From an uncultured Chloroflexia bacterium (GTDB lineage: Bacteria; Chloroflexota; Limnocylindria; Limnocylindrales; CSP1-4): a stretch of DNA of 64,000 bases. The stretch lies in assembly GCA_963757595.1 (NCBI GenBank), contig CAVWRX010000005.1:1508-65507 (forward strand). The letters are read 5' to 3'. Made by a program: the position numbers and the translations under genes. Positions 36,322 to 45,840 of this stretch are shown here, piece by piece. Position 1 is the first letter of the stretch; the number at the start of each line of letters is the position of its first letter. The notes below the pieces were generated by a model. It saw only the letters and a list, made by a program, of their open reading frames with translations, was not told where the DNA came from and ran no database searches.

Positions 36322-39039
36322 GTGAGAAAGGGGTTGCGCGCCGCGTGGCACAGGCTTGGCGGCGTGGTCCGGACACGATCCTTGTCCGAGCCGGGCGCGT
36401 CCGTCGCGCTCGCGCTGATCGCGGCAGCGACCATCTGGATCACGTTTGTCCCGATCGCGTCAGGATGGCTGGACCCGCGGTCTGGTCTGGCGCTGGTCGT
36501 CGCCGATCTCGTCCCGGCCGTCGTCATCGGGGTGATTGGTTTGGCGATCGGAACGAGGCGTGCCCGCGCCTCGGAGGCCACGCTGCAGGCCTTGCAGGCG
36601 AGTGAGGCGCGTGCCCGTGAATTGATCGAGGAGTCAGGCGACGGAATCCTTGTCTCGGACGGGTCCGGCCGATACGTCGAGGCCAACCCGGCGCTCTGTC
36701 GCATGCTCGGCTACTCGCGCGACGAGCTCCTCGGGATGCGGGCCGGCGATCTCACGGCCATCGATGACCCCGTTGGCAACGAGGGCATGGACGAGCGGCT
36801 ACATGACGCCACGGGCGAGCGGGGCATCCTGGTCGAGCGCCGCTATCGAAAACGTGACGGGACGAGCCTGCCGGTCGAACTCCAGTTCAAGATGCTGCCC
36901 GACGGACGGCAGCAGCGGAACGTGCGTGACATCAGCGAACGTCGGCGTGCGGAAAGCCGCTATCGCGGTCTCCTGGAGGCAGCTCCGGACGCCATGGTCG
37001 TGATGAACCTGGCGGGTGAGATCGTCATGTCGAACGTCCAGGCGGAAGAGCAGTTCGGCTACCGCCGCGGCGAGCTCGTCGGCCAGCCTGTAACGAACAT
37101 CATCCCGGAGGGCCTCGAGGTTTGGCTCATCGGGGACGATCGTCGCTCTGCGGCGGAGGCGCTGGCCGAGCACATCGGCACGGTCCTCGAGCTCGTCGCC
37201 CGACGCCAGGACCACAGCGAGTTTCCGATCGAGGTCAAGCTCAGCCCGCTCGAGGGCCCCGATGGAATCTCGGTGACCGCGGCGATCCGGGACATCAGCG
37301 TCCGACTGGCCGCCGAGGACGAGCGGCGCCGCCTCGCCTCGGCCATCGAGCAGACGGCCGATGCGATCTCGATGCATGCCCCCGATGGAACGGTCACGTA
37401 CGTCAACTCCGCGTTCACCCGTGCCTACGGTTACGAGTCTGGCGAGATCGTCGGGCAGCACGGCGGGCTGATCGACAGCGGCCGACATGATCCGGCCTTC
37501 TTCGAGGCCATCTGGACGACGACGTCCACGGGCCGGACGTGGGCCGGCTCGATCATGAACCGACGCAAGGACGGTACGATCATCGAGGTCGAGGCCGTCA
37601 TCTCGGCCATCCGCGATGCCGAGGGTCGAGTATCCGGCTACATCCAGGCCGACCGCGACGTGACCCGAGAGCGCGAGTTCGAGCGCGCGCTCGAGCGCGA
37701 GACCCGCGAGCGCAGGACGATCGAAACTGCCCTCGCACAAATCGATCCGGCGGCGTCGGCCGAAGAAGTGGCGGCCGCGGCATGCGCCGTCATCAACGAG
37801 CTCCCCGGCGTCGACTCGACGTGGGCTGCCGTCCTCGATGACGCAGACGGCGCGGTCCTCGCGGCGACCGGGCTCCTCGCGCCGACCTTCACTCCCGGGC
37901 GGGCCATTCCGGCCAGCCGGGTCGACTATCTCCGAGAGCGAGGCCAGGCCGGCGCGTGGTTCGAACTGTGGCAGCCGCGTTCCGAGGATGATGGCTGGGC
38001 CGAGGCGGTGACGTCGACGGGGCTTCGGGCGATGGCGTACGCCCCGTTGCGGGGCCCACGCGGCGTGGCCGGAATTGTCGGTATCGGTAGTCATGATCCG
38101 CTGACGGCCTCGTCGCTGGTCGAGCACGTCCCGGCCATCGCGACATTCGCCTCGATCCTGGGGGCCCAGCTCGTGCCGAAGCTGGAGGGTCGTCGACGCG
38201 ACGCGCATGGCAAGGCGGTCATCCGGAGCGTGCTCGACGCCTCCGCCTTCGGGCCGTTCTTCCAGCCGATCGTCGACCTCCGGACGAGCAGGGTCGTCGG
38301 CTATGAGGCGCTCACCCGTTTCGCCGACGGCGTGCCGCCCGATGTCCGGTTCGCCGCCGCGGCCCACGCGGGACTCGGGCTCGAGCTCGAGGCCGCGACC
38401 CTTCGGGCAGCCCTCGACGCGGCGACCATGGTCCTGTCGCCCGTGGCATACCTGAGCGTGAACGCCTCGCCGGCGCTCGTTGGTTCAGGTTTGCTGCAGC
38501 CGCTCTTCGACGGAGCTGACCGAGAGATCGTTCTGGAGATCACGGAGCACGTCGCGATCGACGACTATGCGACCCTTCGGGCCGAGCTCGCCGGTCTTGG
38601 ACCGAGGGTCCGCCTCGCGGTCGATGACGCCGGGGCCGGCTACGCCAGCTTCCGCCACATCCTCGAGCTCGCGCCCGACCACGTGAAGCTCGATATCGGT
38701 CTCATTCGCGGGATCGACGCGGATCCCGCGCGCCAGGCGCTGATCGCGGGCATGGCCTACTTCGCGGTGAAGCGCAGCATCAGGCTGGTCGCCGAGGGAA
38801 TCGAGACCACGGCCGAGCTCGCGACCCTGCAGTCACTTGCGATCCACTTCGGGCAGGGATACCTCCTTGGGCGCCCGCAGGACGGGCGAGGGCCTGGCCC
38901 GTGGCCGCTGATCGTCGATGTCCCCGTTTCGAAGTCGCCCGTGGCGGCACGGAGACCGAGACGTCGCGCGCCTGCGGAAACGGTCATGGAAAGACCTCAG
39001 CCTCCGGGCAGCGGATCCGGCCAGTCACCCGTGAGGTAG
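36322..39039 (+). CDS. membrane-anchored multi-PAS / GAF-like sensor c-di-GMP phosphodiesterase (EAL domain, no GGDEF)
   Basis: 905-aa ORF with two N-terminal TMs and three PAS-like repeats (each with ...RDG.....E). EAL-domain motifs: YEALTRF, EITEH, AVDDAGAGYASF, KLDIGLIRGID, AEGIET, QGYLLGRP. Confidence 0.85.
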   Translation: MRKGLRAAWHRLGGVVRTRSLSEPGASVALALIAAATIWITFVPIASGWLDPRSGLALVVADLVPAVVIGVIGLAIGTRRARASEATLQALQASEARARELIEESGDGILVSDGSGRYVEANPALCRMLGYSRDELLGMRAGDLTAIDDPVGNEGMDERLHDATGERGILVERRYRKRDGTSLPVELQFKMLPDGRQQRNVRDISERRRAESRYRGLLEAAPDAMVVMNLAGEIVMSNVQAEEQFGYRRGELVGQPVTNIIPEGLEVWLIGDDRRSAAEALAEHIGTVLELVARRQDHSEFPIEVKLSPLEGPDGISVTAAIRDISVRLAAEDERRRLASAIEQTADAISMHAPDGTVTYVNSAFTRAYGYESGEIVGQHGGLIDSGRHDPAFFEAIWTTTSTGRTWAGSIMNRRKDGTIIEVEAVISAIRDAEGRVSGYIQADRDVTREREFERALERETRERRTIETALAQIDPAASAEEVAAAACAVINELPGVDSTWAAVLDDADGAVLAATGLLAPTFTPGRAIPASRVDYLRERGQAGAWFELWQPRSEDDGWAEAVTSTGLRAMAYAPLRGPRGVAGIVGIGSHDPLTASSLVEHVPAIATFASILGAQLVPKLEGRRRDAHGKAVIRSVLDASAFGPFFQPIVDLRTSRVVGYEALTRFADGVPPDVRFAAAAHAGLGLELEAATLRAALDAATMVLSPVAYLSVNASPALVGSGLLQPLFDGADREIVLEITEHVAIDDYATLRAELAGLGPRVRLAVDDAGAGYASFRHILELAPDHVKLDIGLIRGIDADPARQALIAGMAYFAVKRSIRLVAEGIETTAELATLQSLAIHFGQGYLLGRPQDGRGPGPWPLIVDVPVSKSPVAARRPRRRAPAETVMERPQPPGSGSGQSPVR

Positions 39040-39605
39040 TGCCGCACGACCGGCGCCAGCCCGCGCGCGAGGACATCGTGCGGCGCCGAGGCGAGCGGCT
39101 CGATGCCGATGATGTGCCGGGCCACCGCGAGTCCCACGACCTGGGCCGCCATCATCGCGGCCCGCAGCTCGGGCTGATCGGCGCCGACGCCGCGGGCGAT
39201 CGGCAGGAGCATCCGCTCGGCCAGCACGTCGCGGATAAGCGGTGCCGCCTCCGGATCAGAGATCGCGGCCCGCAGCAGGCCGATGAAGACCTGGCGGCGG
39301 GTCGGGTCATCCAGGACCGTGAGCATGAATTGCGCCGCCCTTGTCCCGACATCGCCGCCCTCCGCGAGGAGGACGGCGTTGACGATGACCTCGGGGTCGA
39401 TCGGCAGCTCGATCGCCGCTTCGAACAGGCCCTTCTTCGAGCCGAAGTAGTGGAGCACGAGCCGTGGGTCGACGCCGACCGCGCTCGCGACGTTGCGCAG
39501 GGTGGTCTGGCCGTAGCCGACCTCACCGAACTGTCGTCGGGCCTCGGCAACGATCGCGCTTCGCGTGTCGAGGCCTCCCGGACGCCGGCCGCGAGTCCTT
39601 GCCAT
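38997..39605 (-). CDS. TetR-family transcriptional regulator
   Basis: ATG at 39605 (MARTRGRRPGGLDTRSAIVAEARRQFGEVGYGQTTLRNVASAVGVDPRLVLHYFGSK). It is divergent from the MFS gene. Its 3' end overlaps the EAL gene's 3' end by 43 nt. Confidence 0.85.
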   Translation of the reverse strand: MARTRGRRPGGLDTRSAIVAEARRQFGEVGYGQTTLRNVASAVGVDPRLVLHYFGSKKGLFEAAIELPIDPEVIVNAVLLAEGGDVGTRAAQFMLTVLDDPTRRQVFIGLLRAAISDPEAAPLIRDVLAERMLLPIARGVGADQPELRAAMMAAQVVGLAVARHIIGIEPLASAPHDVLARGLAPVVRHYLTGDWPDPLPGG

Positions 39606-39685
39606 TTCACCCCTTGCGATTTCCCCAGTCGGGGAATAACATTCCTCCCCAGTCGAGGAAATCAGTCTAGCAGGGAGATGAACCG

Positions 39686-41258
39686 ATGAGGGACGAGGCA
39701 AGCGGGACAGGGGCGCCGGAGCTGACGGGTCGGCAAACGCGGATGGTGCTGGGTGTCGTGGCACTGGCGTTGATGTCGGTGGTCTCGGCCGTCACCGGCC
39801 TGAACGTCGCCCTCCCGGACATGGCCCGGGAGACCGGCGCCTCGCAGACGCAGCTGACCTGGATCGTCGACGCCTACACCGTCGTCTTCGCGGGCCTCCT
39901 GTTCTTCGCCGGCGCGCTCGGCGATCGGTACGGCCGCCGGCGAGTCCTCCTCGTCGGGCTGGTGCTCTTCGGCATCGCCGGCGGCGCTGGGCCTGGCCAC
40001 GAGCGACCCCGTCCAGCTGATCGCCGTCCGGGCGTTCATGGGCATCGGGGCGGCCGGCATCATGCCCACGACCCTCTCGATCATCACGACCTCGTTCCCC
40101 GAGGATGAGCGCCCTCGGGCCATCGGCGTCTGGGTCGGGATCGCCGCGGGCGGCGCGGTGCTCGGCCTGTTCGTCAGCGCCCTCCTGCTCGAATGGTTCG
40201 CCTGGCAATCCTTCTTCGGGTTGAACGTGGCACTCGCGATCCTCGCGACGATCGGCGTCTTCGCGGTCGTGCCGAGCTCGGCAGATGAGGATCCACCGGC
40301 ACTCGACTTCGTCGGGGGTGTGCTGTCCCTGGTGACCGTCGGATCCCTCGTGTTCGGGATCATCGAGGCGCCCGATCGCGGCTGGACCGATGGCGTGACG
40401 CTCGCGGCCTTCGGGCTCGGCGTCGTGGCCGGTGCGACGTTCGTCTGGTGGGAGCTCCGGATCCCCCATCCCCTGCTCGATCCGCGCCTCTTCCGGCTCC
40501 GGCTGTTCAGCGCCGGATCGCTGACGATCGCCGTCCAGTTCTTTGCCTCGTTCGGGTTCTTCTTCATCGTCCTGCAGTACCTCCAGTACGTGACCGGCCG
40601 GACGGCACTCGAGGCGGCAGTTGCCCTGCTGCCGCTGCCGTTCGTCCTCATCCCGACCGCCCGCAATGCGCCGCTCCTCGCCCGGCGGATCGGCTTCCGG
40701 CGGGTCGCGCCCGTGGGCCTGCTCCTCACGGCCGCGGGCTTCTATCTCCTGAGTCAGCTCACGATCGACACGCCGTACTGGTTCTTCCTCATCGGCGTCC
40801 TCTTCTTCGGGCTGGGCATGGGCCTCGCCGGGACGCCCGCCACCACCGCGCTGACGAGCTCCCTCCCGATGTCCAAGCAGGGTGTCGCCTCGGCCATGAA
40901 CGACACCGCGCGAGAGATGGGCAGCGCGTTCGGCATCGCCATCCTCGGCGCGGTCCTGAACCAGTCCTACCGGGACGGCATGGCCTCGACGGCGGCCTCG
41001 CTGCCCCCGGCGATTGCCGAGCGAGTCCTGAGCTCGATCGCGTTCACCAGCTCACCGGCCGTGAAGCAGCTCGGGGCGGCCGGGCAGGCGCTCGTCGACA
41101 AGGCCCGCGAGGCGTTCGTCGGGGGCGTCTCCGACGCCGTCTTCATCGGCTGCGTGGTCCTCGCCGCCGCGGCGATCGTCGTGTTCGTCCTGGCGGGGGC
41201 CGAAGAGGAGACGAATCTGCAGGAGGTCGCCGCCGAGGGCCGCCCTCAGCCGGCGTGA
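39686..41258 (+). CDS. MFS drug:H+ antiporter (DHA2/EmrB-QacA-like, 14 TM), frame broken once in this assembly
   Basis: ORF 39686..40108 reads ...LNVALPDMARETGASQTQLTWIVDAYTVVFAGLLFFAGALGDRYGRRRVLLVGLVLFGIA. It continues in the frame of ORF 40038..41258 from AALGLATSDPVQLIAVRAFMGIGAAGIMPTTLSIIT. The break lies near 39975-39990. Confidence 0.8.
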
Positions 41259-41476
41259 CGGTCGGCCGGGACCCTCTCGAGGATCAGGGCCTTCATGGGA
41301 CAGCAGTCGACCGCTCGCTGCGCCTCCTGCAGGAGTGACCGATCGACGGGGCCACGGTGCAGGATCGGGTATCGCCACTCGTCGAGGCCGATGAGCTCGG
41401 GCAGCAGGTCGCCGCACAGGCCGTATCCGTCGCACTTGATCCAGTCCACGCGGAGCCGCTGGTCCATGGAGGCCAC
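41246..41476 (-). CDS. small single-cluster ferredoxin
   Basis: 76-aa ORF with GTG start directly after the upstream stop. Cluster residues: CDGYGLC ... CP (WIKCDGYGLCGDLLPE...AVDCCPMKAL). Confidence 0.7.
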   Translation of the reverse strand: MASMDQRLRVDWIKCDGYGLCGDLLPELIGLDEWRYPILHRGPVDRSLLQEAQRAVDCCPMKALILERVPADRHAG

Positions 41477-42721
41477 CTAGGCCACCGTCGCGGGAATGCC
41501 GCCGGAGGGGACGCGGGCTGCCGGGCATCGGCCCGTCCGGGCGTGCTGGCTGAACTCGTCGGCGAAGGCGTGGACGGCGCTGTCGAGCAACTGGACGGCA
41601 CCATCCGGGTGATGACAGGCGCCTCGTCCGGTGGTCTGCCCCGCCAAGTGGTCGATCCGCTCGAGGTCGTCGGCATTGGCCCGGCCTTCGGCGACCCGCG
41701 AGACGGCATCCGCCAACGCCCGCAACCCGAATCGGCAGGGTCCGCACTGGGCGGCGCTCTCGGCCGCCATGAACCCCATGATCTCGGCGGTCGCCGCGAC
41801 CCCACAGGCCCCGGCAGGCATGAGGCCCACGATCCCGCAGCCAAACGTCAGGCCGGCGGATCGCATCGCAGCCGGATCCAGGGGCAGATCCCAGACCTCT
41901 TCTACCTGGGCCCACGTCCCGAAGTAGCCGCCGAGCACCACGGCCCCGATCCGCTCGGGCCGGCCGCCTGCCGCGGTGGCGACTTCTCGGAGGGTCGTGC
42001 CGAGCTCGATCTCCCGGACACCCTGGTCCCGAACCGCACCGGTGAGGGTAATCAGCCCGGTTCCGGGCGTCGCGAGCCGACCGGCAGATCGATACCAGTG
42101 TTCGCCGAATCTGGCGATCAGCGCGGCATAGGCGAGGCTCTCGACGTTCTGGACGAGCGTCGGACGTCCGCGGACCCCGGAAACCGACATCCTCGGCGGT
42201 GTCGTCGTCGGGCGGGCATCCCCATCGTTGATGTAATGGACGGCGGCCGTCGCCTCGCCGGCGACATAGCCCCGGGGAGCCGTCACGAGCCGCGTCGGAA
42301 TTCGGAGTCCCGACTCCCGTTCGCCGAGGGCGTGCCGCATCGCCCTGGTCGCGGCACCGTGCTCGATGCCCACGTAGATCACGATCTCCTCGGCGCCGAC
42401 GGCTTCTGCGGCGAGCACGGCACCATCGATCACCAGGTGCGGCCGGGTCGCCATCAGCACGCGATCCTTGAAGCTGGCCGGCTCCCCCTCGGCACCGTTC
42501 GCGACGACGACCGCGTGTCCGTCCCGGCGTTCAGCCATCGCCCGCCACTTTCGACCGACCGGGAATGCGGCGCCGCCACGACCGAGGAGTCCGCTCGATT
42601 CGAGCACCCCGATGATGTCGCGGTCCATGCCGAGTCGGGCTATGTCGCCGAGGCGGTCGACGTGGTCGCGCAGAGTCTCGGCGGGACCGCCGGACGGCGG
42701 ACCCGCGAGCAGCCGGGTCAT
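41477..42721 (-). CDS. NuoF-like (complex I 51-kDa subunit family) FMN/NADH-binding iron-sulfur flavoprotein
   Basis: ATG at 42721 within ORF 41477..42823. Segments: GRGGAAFPVGRKW, VVANGAEGEPASFKDR, ESAAQCGPCRFG, GRGACHHPDG. Confidence 0.8.
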   Translation of the reverse strand: MTRLLAGPPSGGPAETLRDHVDRLGDIARLGMDRDIIGVLESSGLLGRGGAAFPVGRKWRAMAERRDGHAVVVANGAEGEPASFKDRVLMATRPHLVIDGAVLAAEAVGAEEIVIYVGIEHGAATRAMRHALGERESGLRIPTRLVTAPRGYVAGEATAAVHYINDGDARPTTTPPRMSVSGVRGRPTLVQNVESLAYAALIARFGEHWYRSAGRLATPGTGLITLTGAVRDQGVREIELGTTLREVATAAGGRPERIGAVVLGGYFGTWAQVEEVWDLPLDPAAMRSAGLTFGCGIVGLMPAGACGVAATAEIMGFMAAESAAQCGPCRFGLRALADAVSRVAEGRANADDLERIDHLAGQTTGRGACHHPDGAVQLLDSAVHAFADEFSQHARTGRCPAARVPSGGIPATVA

Positions 42722-43051
42722 GAGCGGTGATTCGAGTGTCAGGGCAGGACTCCGACGCTGGGCGGGTCGCGAAGGGCGCCGCGTGGATCGACGGCGAACG
42801 CCCGGTTTCACAAGGTCGCACATGGATGAGGCGCCGACCGTGGGAAAGGTTTCCCCGCGTCCGGAAACGAAAGGGCCACGCGATCGCGGTCACCCGGTGC
42901 GCGACACACGTCCGATGGCCCCATGAATCCGGCCCATTGGCCCGTCATGCCTGCACGGCCGGCCCGTTCAATGGGAGGGATGGGCCGGGTGCCTGCCTCG
43001 CCCTAGACTTGCGTCGCATCGGCCGGAATACGGAAGAGGAGTCCCCACGGG

Positions 43052-43705
43052 ATGTCGGAGTTCACGACCCTGACGACGGCCATCATCGGTGGCGACCAGG
43101 TCGGCGCTGTCCGCGAGACGACCGACGCCCTCGCTCATGGCACGGACCCGCAGGCCATCCTGGATGCGATGTCGGCCGCCATGGACGTGGTCGGGGCGCG
43201 CTTTCAGAGCGGCGAGCTCTTCGTCCCGGAGATGCTCGTCTCGGCGCGGGCGATGAAGGAGGCGATGGCGGTCCTCGAACCCGTCCTGACCGCGTCGGGC
43301 ATCCATCCGGAGCACACCGTCGTCATCGGTTCGGTCAAGGGCGACATCCACGACATCGGCAAGAACATCGTGGCGATGATGTTGCGGGGGGCCAATTTCG
43401 AGGTCGTGGATCTCGGCACGAACGTCATGCCGCAACGGTTCGTCGACGCCGCCCGAGAGCACGGCGCGGCGATCATCGGGATCAGCGCATTGCTGTCGAC
43501 CACGATGATGGCCATGGGCCCGACGATCGCCTCGATCCGCGCCGCGGGCCTCGGCGACGTCAAGGTCATCGTCGGCGGCGCGCCGGTGACGGCCGAGTTC
43601 GCCGCCGCGATCGGCGCCGACGGCTACGCGCCCGATGCGGCTGCCGCCGTCGACGTCGCGAGGATGGCGGTCGGCGCGGTGAGTACTGCGGCCCCGGCGC
43701 AGTGA
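43052..43705 (+). CDS. corrinoid (B12-binding) protein of a methyltransferase system
   Basis: 217-aa ORF with an N-terminal helical cap domain. B12-binding motif GSVKGDIHDIGKNIV (DxHxxG), then ISALLSTT and VIVGGAP. Confidence 0.85.
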   Translation: MSEFTTLTTAIIGGDQVGAVRETTDALAHGTDPQAILDAMSAAMDVVGARFQSGELFVPEMLVSARAMKEAMAVLEPVLTASGIHPEHTVVIGSVKGDIHDIGKNIVAMMLRGANFEVVDLGTNVMPQRFVDAAREHGAAIIGISALLSTTMMAMGPTIASIRAAGLGDVKVIVGGAPVTAEFAAAIGADGYAPDAAAAVDVARMAVGAVSTAAPAQ

Positions 43706-43710
43706 CGTCC

Positions 43711-44734
43711 ATGGCGCCGATGGACTCCCGGGAACGCGTCCTCGCCCACCTGGCGGGCCGGCCCGTCGACCGGCTGCCGGCCATGCCGATCACCATGATG
43801 TTCGCCGCCCGGCAGGCCGGTGTCCCGTACGCCGACTACTGCCGCGATGCCACGGTCCTCGCCCGGGCCCAGACCCTCGTCGCCGATCGGTTCGGCTTCG
43901 ACCACGTGTCCTGCATCTCCGACCCGACGCGCGAGGCCGGCGATCTCGGGGCGACGATCGAGTGGTTCGCGGACCAGCCGCCGGCCATCGACGAGATGAA
44001 CGCGCTCCTGGCCGACGCGAAGAATCTCGCCACCCTTCGCGAGGCGGACCCGCTGGGCGGCGGGCGCATGACCGATCGGATCAGGGCCGTGGAGCTCCTG
44101 CGGGCCGCCGGCGGCGCCAGCCGAATCGTCGAGGGCTGGGTCGAAGGGCCGATCGCGGAAGCGGCGGACCTCCGTGGGATCAACACCCTCATGCTCGACT
44201 TCTTCGACGACCCGGCGTTCGTGCACGACCTCTTCGACTTCTGCGGCGGGCATGGCGATGCGCTTCGCCGCCGCCCAGGTCGATGCCGGGGTCGATATCG
44301 TCGGCATCGGCGACGCTGCGGCGTCGCTCGTCGGTCCGGCCATCTACGAGGAGATGGTCTGGCCGCACGAGAAGCGCCTGATCGACCACATCCATGGCCT
44401 CGGGGCGGCCGTCCGGCTGCATATCTGCGGGAACATGAGCCGCTCCGTGGAGGCGATGGGGCGACTCGGGGCGGACATCATCGACCTCGATTCACCGGTG
44501 CCGGTCGCCGCGGCGCGAGCGGCAATGGGGCCCGGCCAGGTCCTGCTCGGCAACCTGAACCCGGTCACCGAGCTCATGGCGTCGGCGCCGGCGGCGATCA
44601 CCACCCGGCTGGCAGCCTGCCATGCCGAGGCGGGCGAGCGGTATGTCGTCGGTGCCGGCTGCGAGATCCCGGCCGCGACGCCGGACGAGAACGTCGAGGC
44701 GCTCGTGGCGTTCGCGGGGGCGACTCGCCCGTAG
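43711..44734 (+). CDS. URO-D-family (MtaA/CmuA-like) corrinoid methyltransferase, frame broken once in this assembly
   Basis: ATG at 43711 (MAPMDSRERVLAHLAGRPVDRLPAMPITMMFAA...SCISDPTREA...FDDPAFVHDLFDFC) in the frame of ORF 42727..44874. It then continues as GMAMRFAAAQVDAGVDIVGIGDAAASLV...HICGN...GAGCEIP in ORF 44174..44734. The break lies at about 44242-44252. Confidence 0.75.
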
Positions 44735-44759
44735 TCGAGCGAACGTCGGCTCGGCGGCT

Positions 44760-44799
44760 CTACGGCGCTACGGCGCTACGGCGCTACGGCGCTACGGCC
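44760..44799. repeat. 8-bp tandem repeat (CTACGGCG x4 perfect plus one imperfect unit)
   Basis: It reads directly as ctacggcg ctacggcg ctacggcg ctacggcg ctacggcc. It lies between two convergent 3' ends and overlaps the stop (44792-44794) of the phosphoesterase pseudogene. Confidence 0.9.
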
Positions 44800-45778
44800 A
44801 GAAGACGCCCATGTTGCTCGCGCCGCACGTGTTCGCGAGGCAGCCCAGGCCCCACGAGTCCTCGATCGTCCTGACCAGCGAGTAGTGGGAGAAGGACGCG
44901 CCGGAGGTGAAGCCGGCCGGCACACCGTCGCCGATCACGACCGTTGCGACCTTGCCACCGCCGCCCGTCCCCGAGGAGCCCTCGTCCCACGTGAGGAAGA
45001 GGACGCTGCCGCGCATCGCCGAGCTGGTCGAGGATCCCGGGAAGGAAGCCCTTCAGGAAGGCGTCGCCGATCTTGACCCCGCAGTCGTGCATGTCGTTGC
45101 AGAGGTTCGGGACGATCAGCTCGTAATCGGCCGCGGACGGGTCGAAGTGGCTGAAGTTCTGGATCTTGGCGCAGCGGGTGGAGTTGCCGCTGATGTCGGT
45201 GAAGATGATGGCCGGATTGTGCTTGCGGGCGTAGTCCCGCTGCCGTCGGGTCCGCCCGATGCCGTGCCCTTCGTAAGCAGGGCGCATCCGGCAGGTTCTG
45301 CGCATAGACCCGCCAGTCGCGGCCCGCTCGCCTCGATCTGGTCGGCGAGGTTCTTGCCGGGCAGGTTATGGGTGCCGTCATCGGTCAACGCCAAAGGTTG
45401 ACCCCGAGAACAGGGCGATGTAGTTGGGCTCCGAACGGATGGGCGACCGCCGTGTAGTTCGTGGCAAGGCCGTACTTGGCCGATCAGCGAGTTGATGTAC
45501 GGCGCGCTGCCGTTGCCGATGATCGACTTGGCCTCCTCGTTCTCCATCACCACGACGTAAACGTGGCGGAAGACCGGCAGGCCGCCGGCCGGCGCGGGCG
45601 TCGGGCGGAGCGTGGGGGCAATCGGCGAGTCGACGGCCACAGCGGTCGTCCCGGCGGTGGGTGCTGCGGACGTCCCGGCGGGTGCTCCGCGATCCGACCC
45701 GCCGAGCATCGAGGCCGTGATCGCAATAACGACGATCGCGAGGAGGACGGCAGCCACGCTCAGCATCGAGCGCGACAT
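44792..45778 (-). pseudogene. phosphoesterase-family (PLC/acid phosphatase, PF04185-like) gene with at least seven frame changes
   Basis: Homologous segments read in order across all three minus frames: MSRSMLSVAAVLLAIVV...HVYVVVMENEEAKSIIGNGSAPYINSLIG / KYGLATNYTAVAHP / SEPNYIALFSGSTFGV / TDDGTHNLPGKNLADQIEASG / RDWRVYAQNLPDAPCL / TKGTASGGPDGSG / ARKHNPAIIFTDISGN...ELIVPNLCNDMHDCGVKIGDAFLKGFLPGILDQ / VLFLTWDEGSSGTGGGGKVATVVIG...SHYSLVRTIEDSWGL. Confidence 0.8.
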
Positions 45779-45840
45779 CCGGCGGCCGGGGCGGCTCGGG
45801 CGCGGAGGCTGAGCCACGGAATCCTCCCGGCCGTCCGCCG

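Noticed and set aside
38997-39039. 43-nt convergent overlap between the 3' ends of the PAS-EAL gene and the TetR gene.
   Set aside because: The overlap is real by ORF coordinates, but such tail-to-tail overlaps are common in compact high-GC genomes. No extra structure was seen.
42824-43051. Looked for a cobalamin riboswitch in the 230-nt (up to ~330-nt if nuoF-like starts at 42721) divergent region upstream of the corrinoid protein gene.
   Set aside because: I could not find a convincing B12 box or the conserved GGGAA / GCCACTG core elements by eye. A covariance-model scan (Rfam RF00174) would be needed to settle it.
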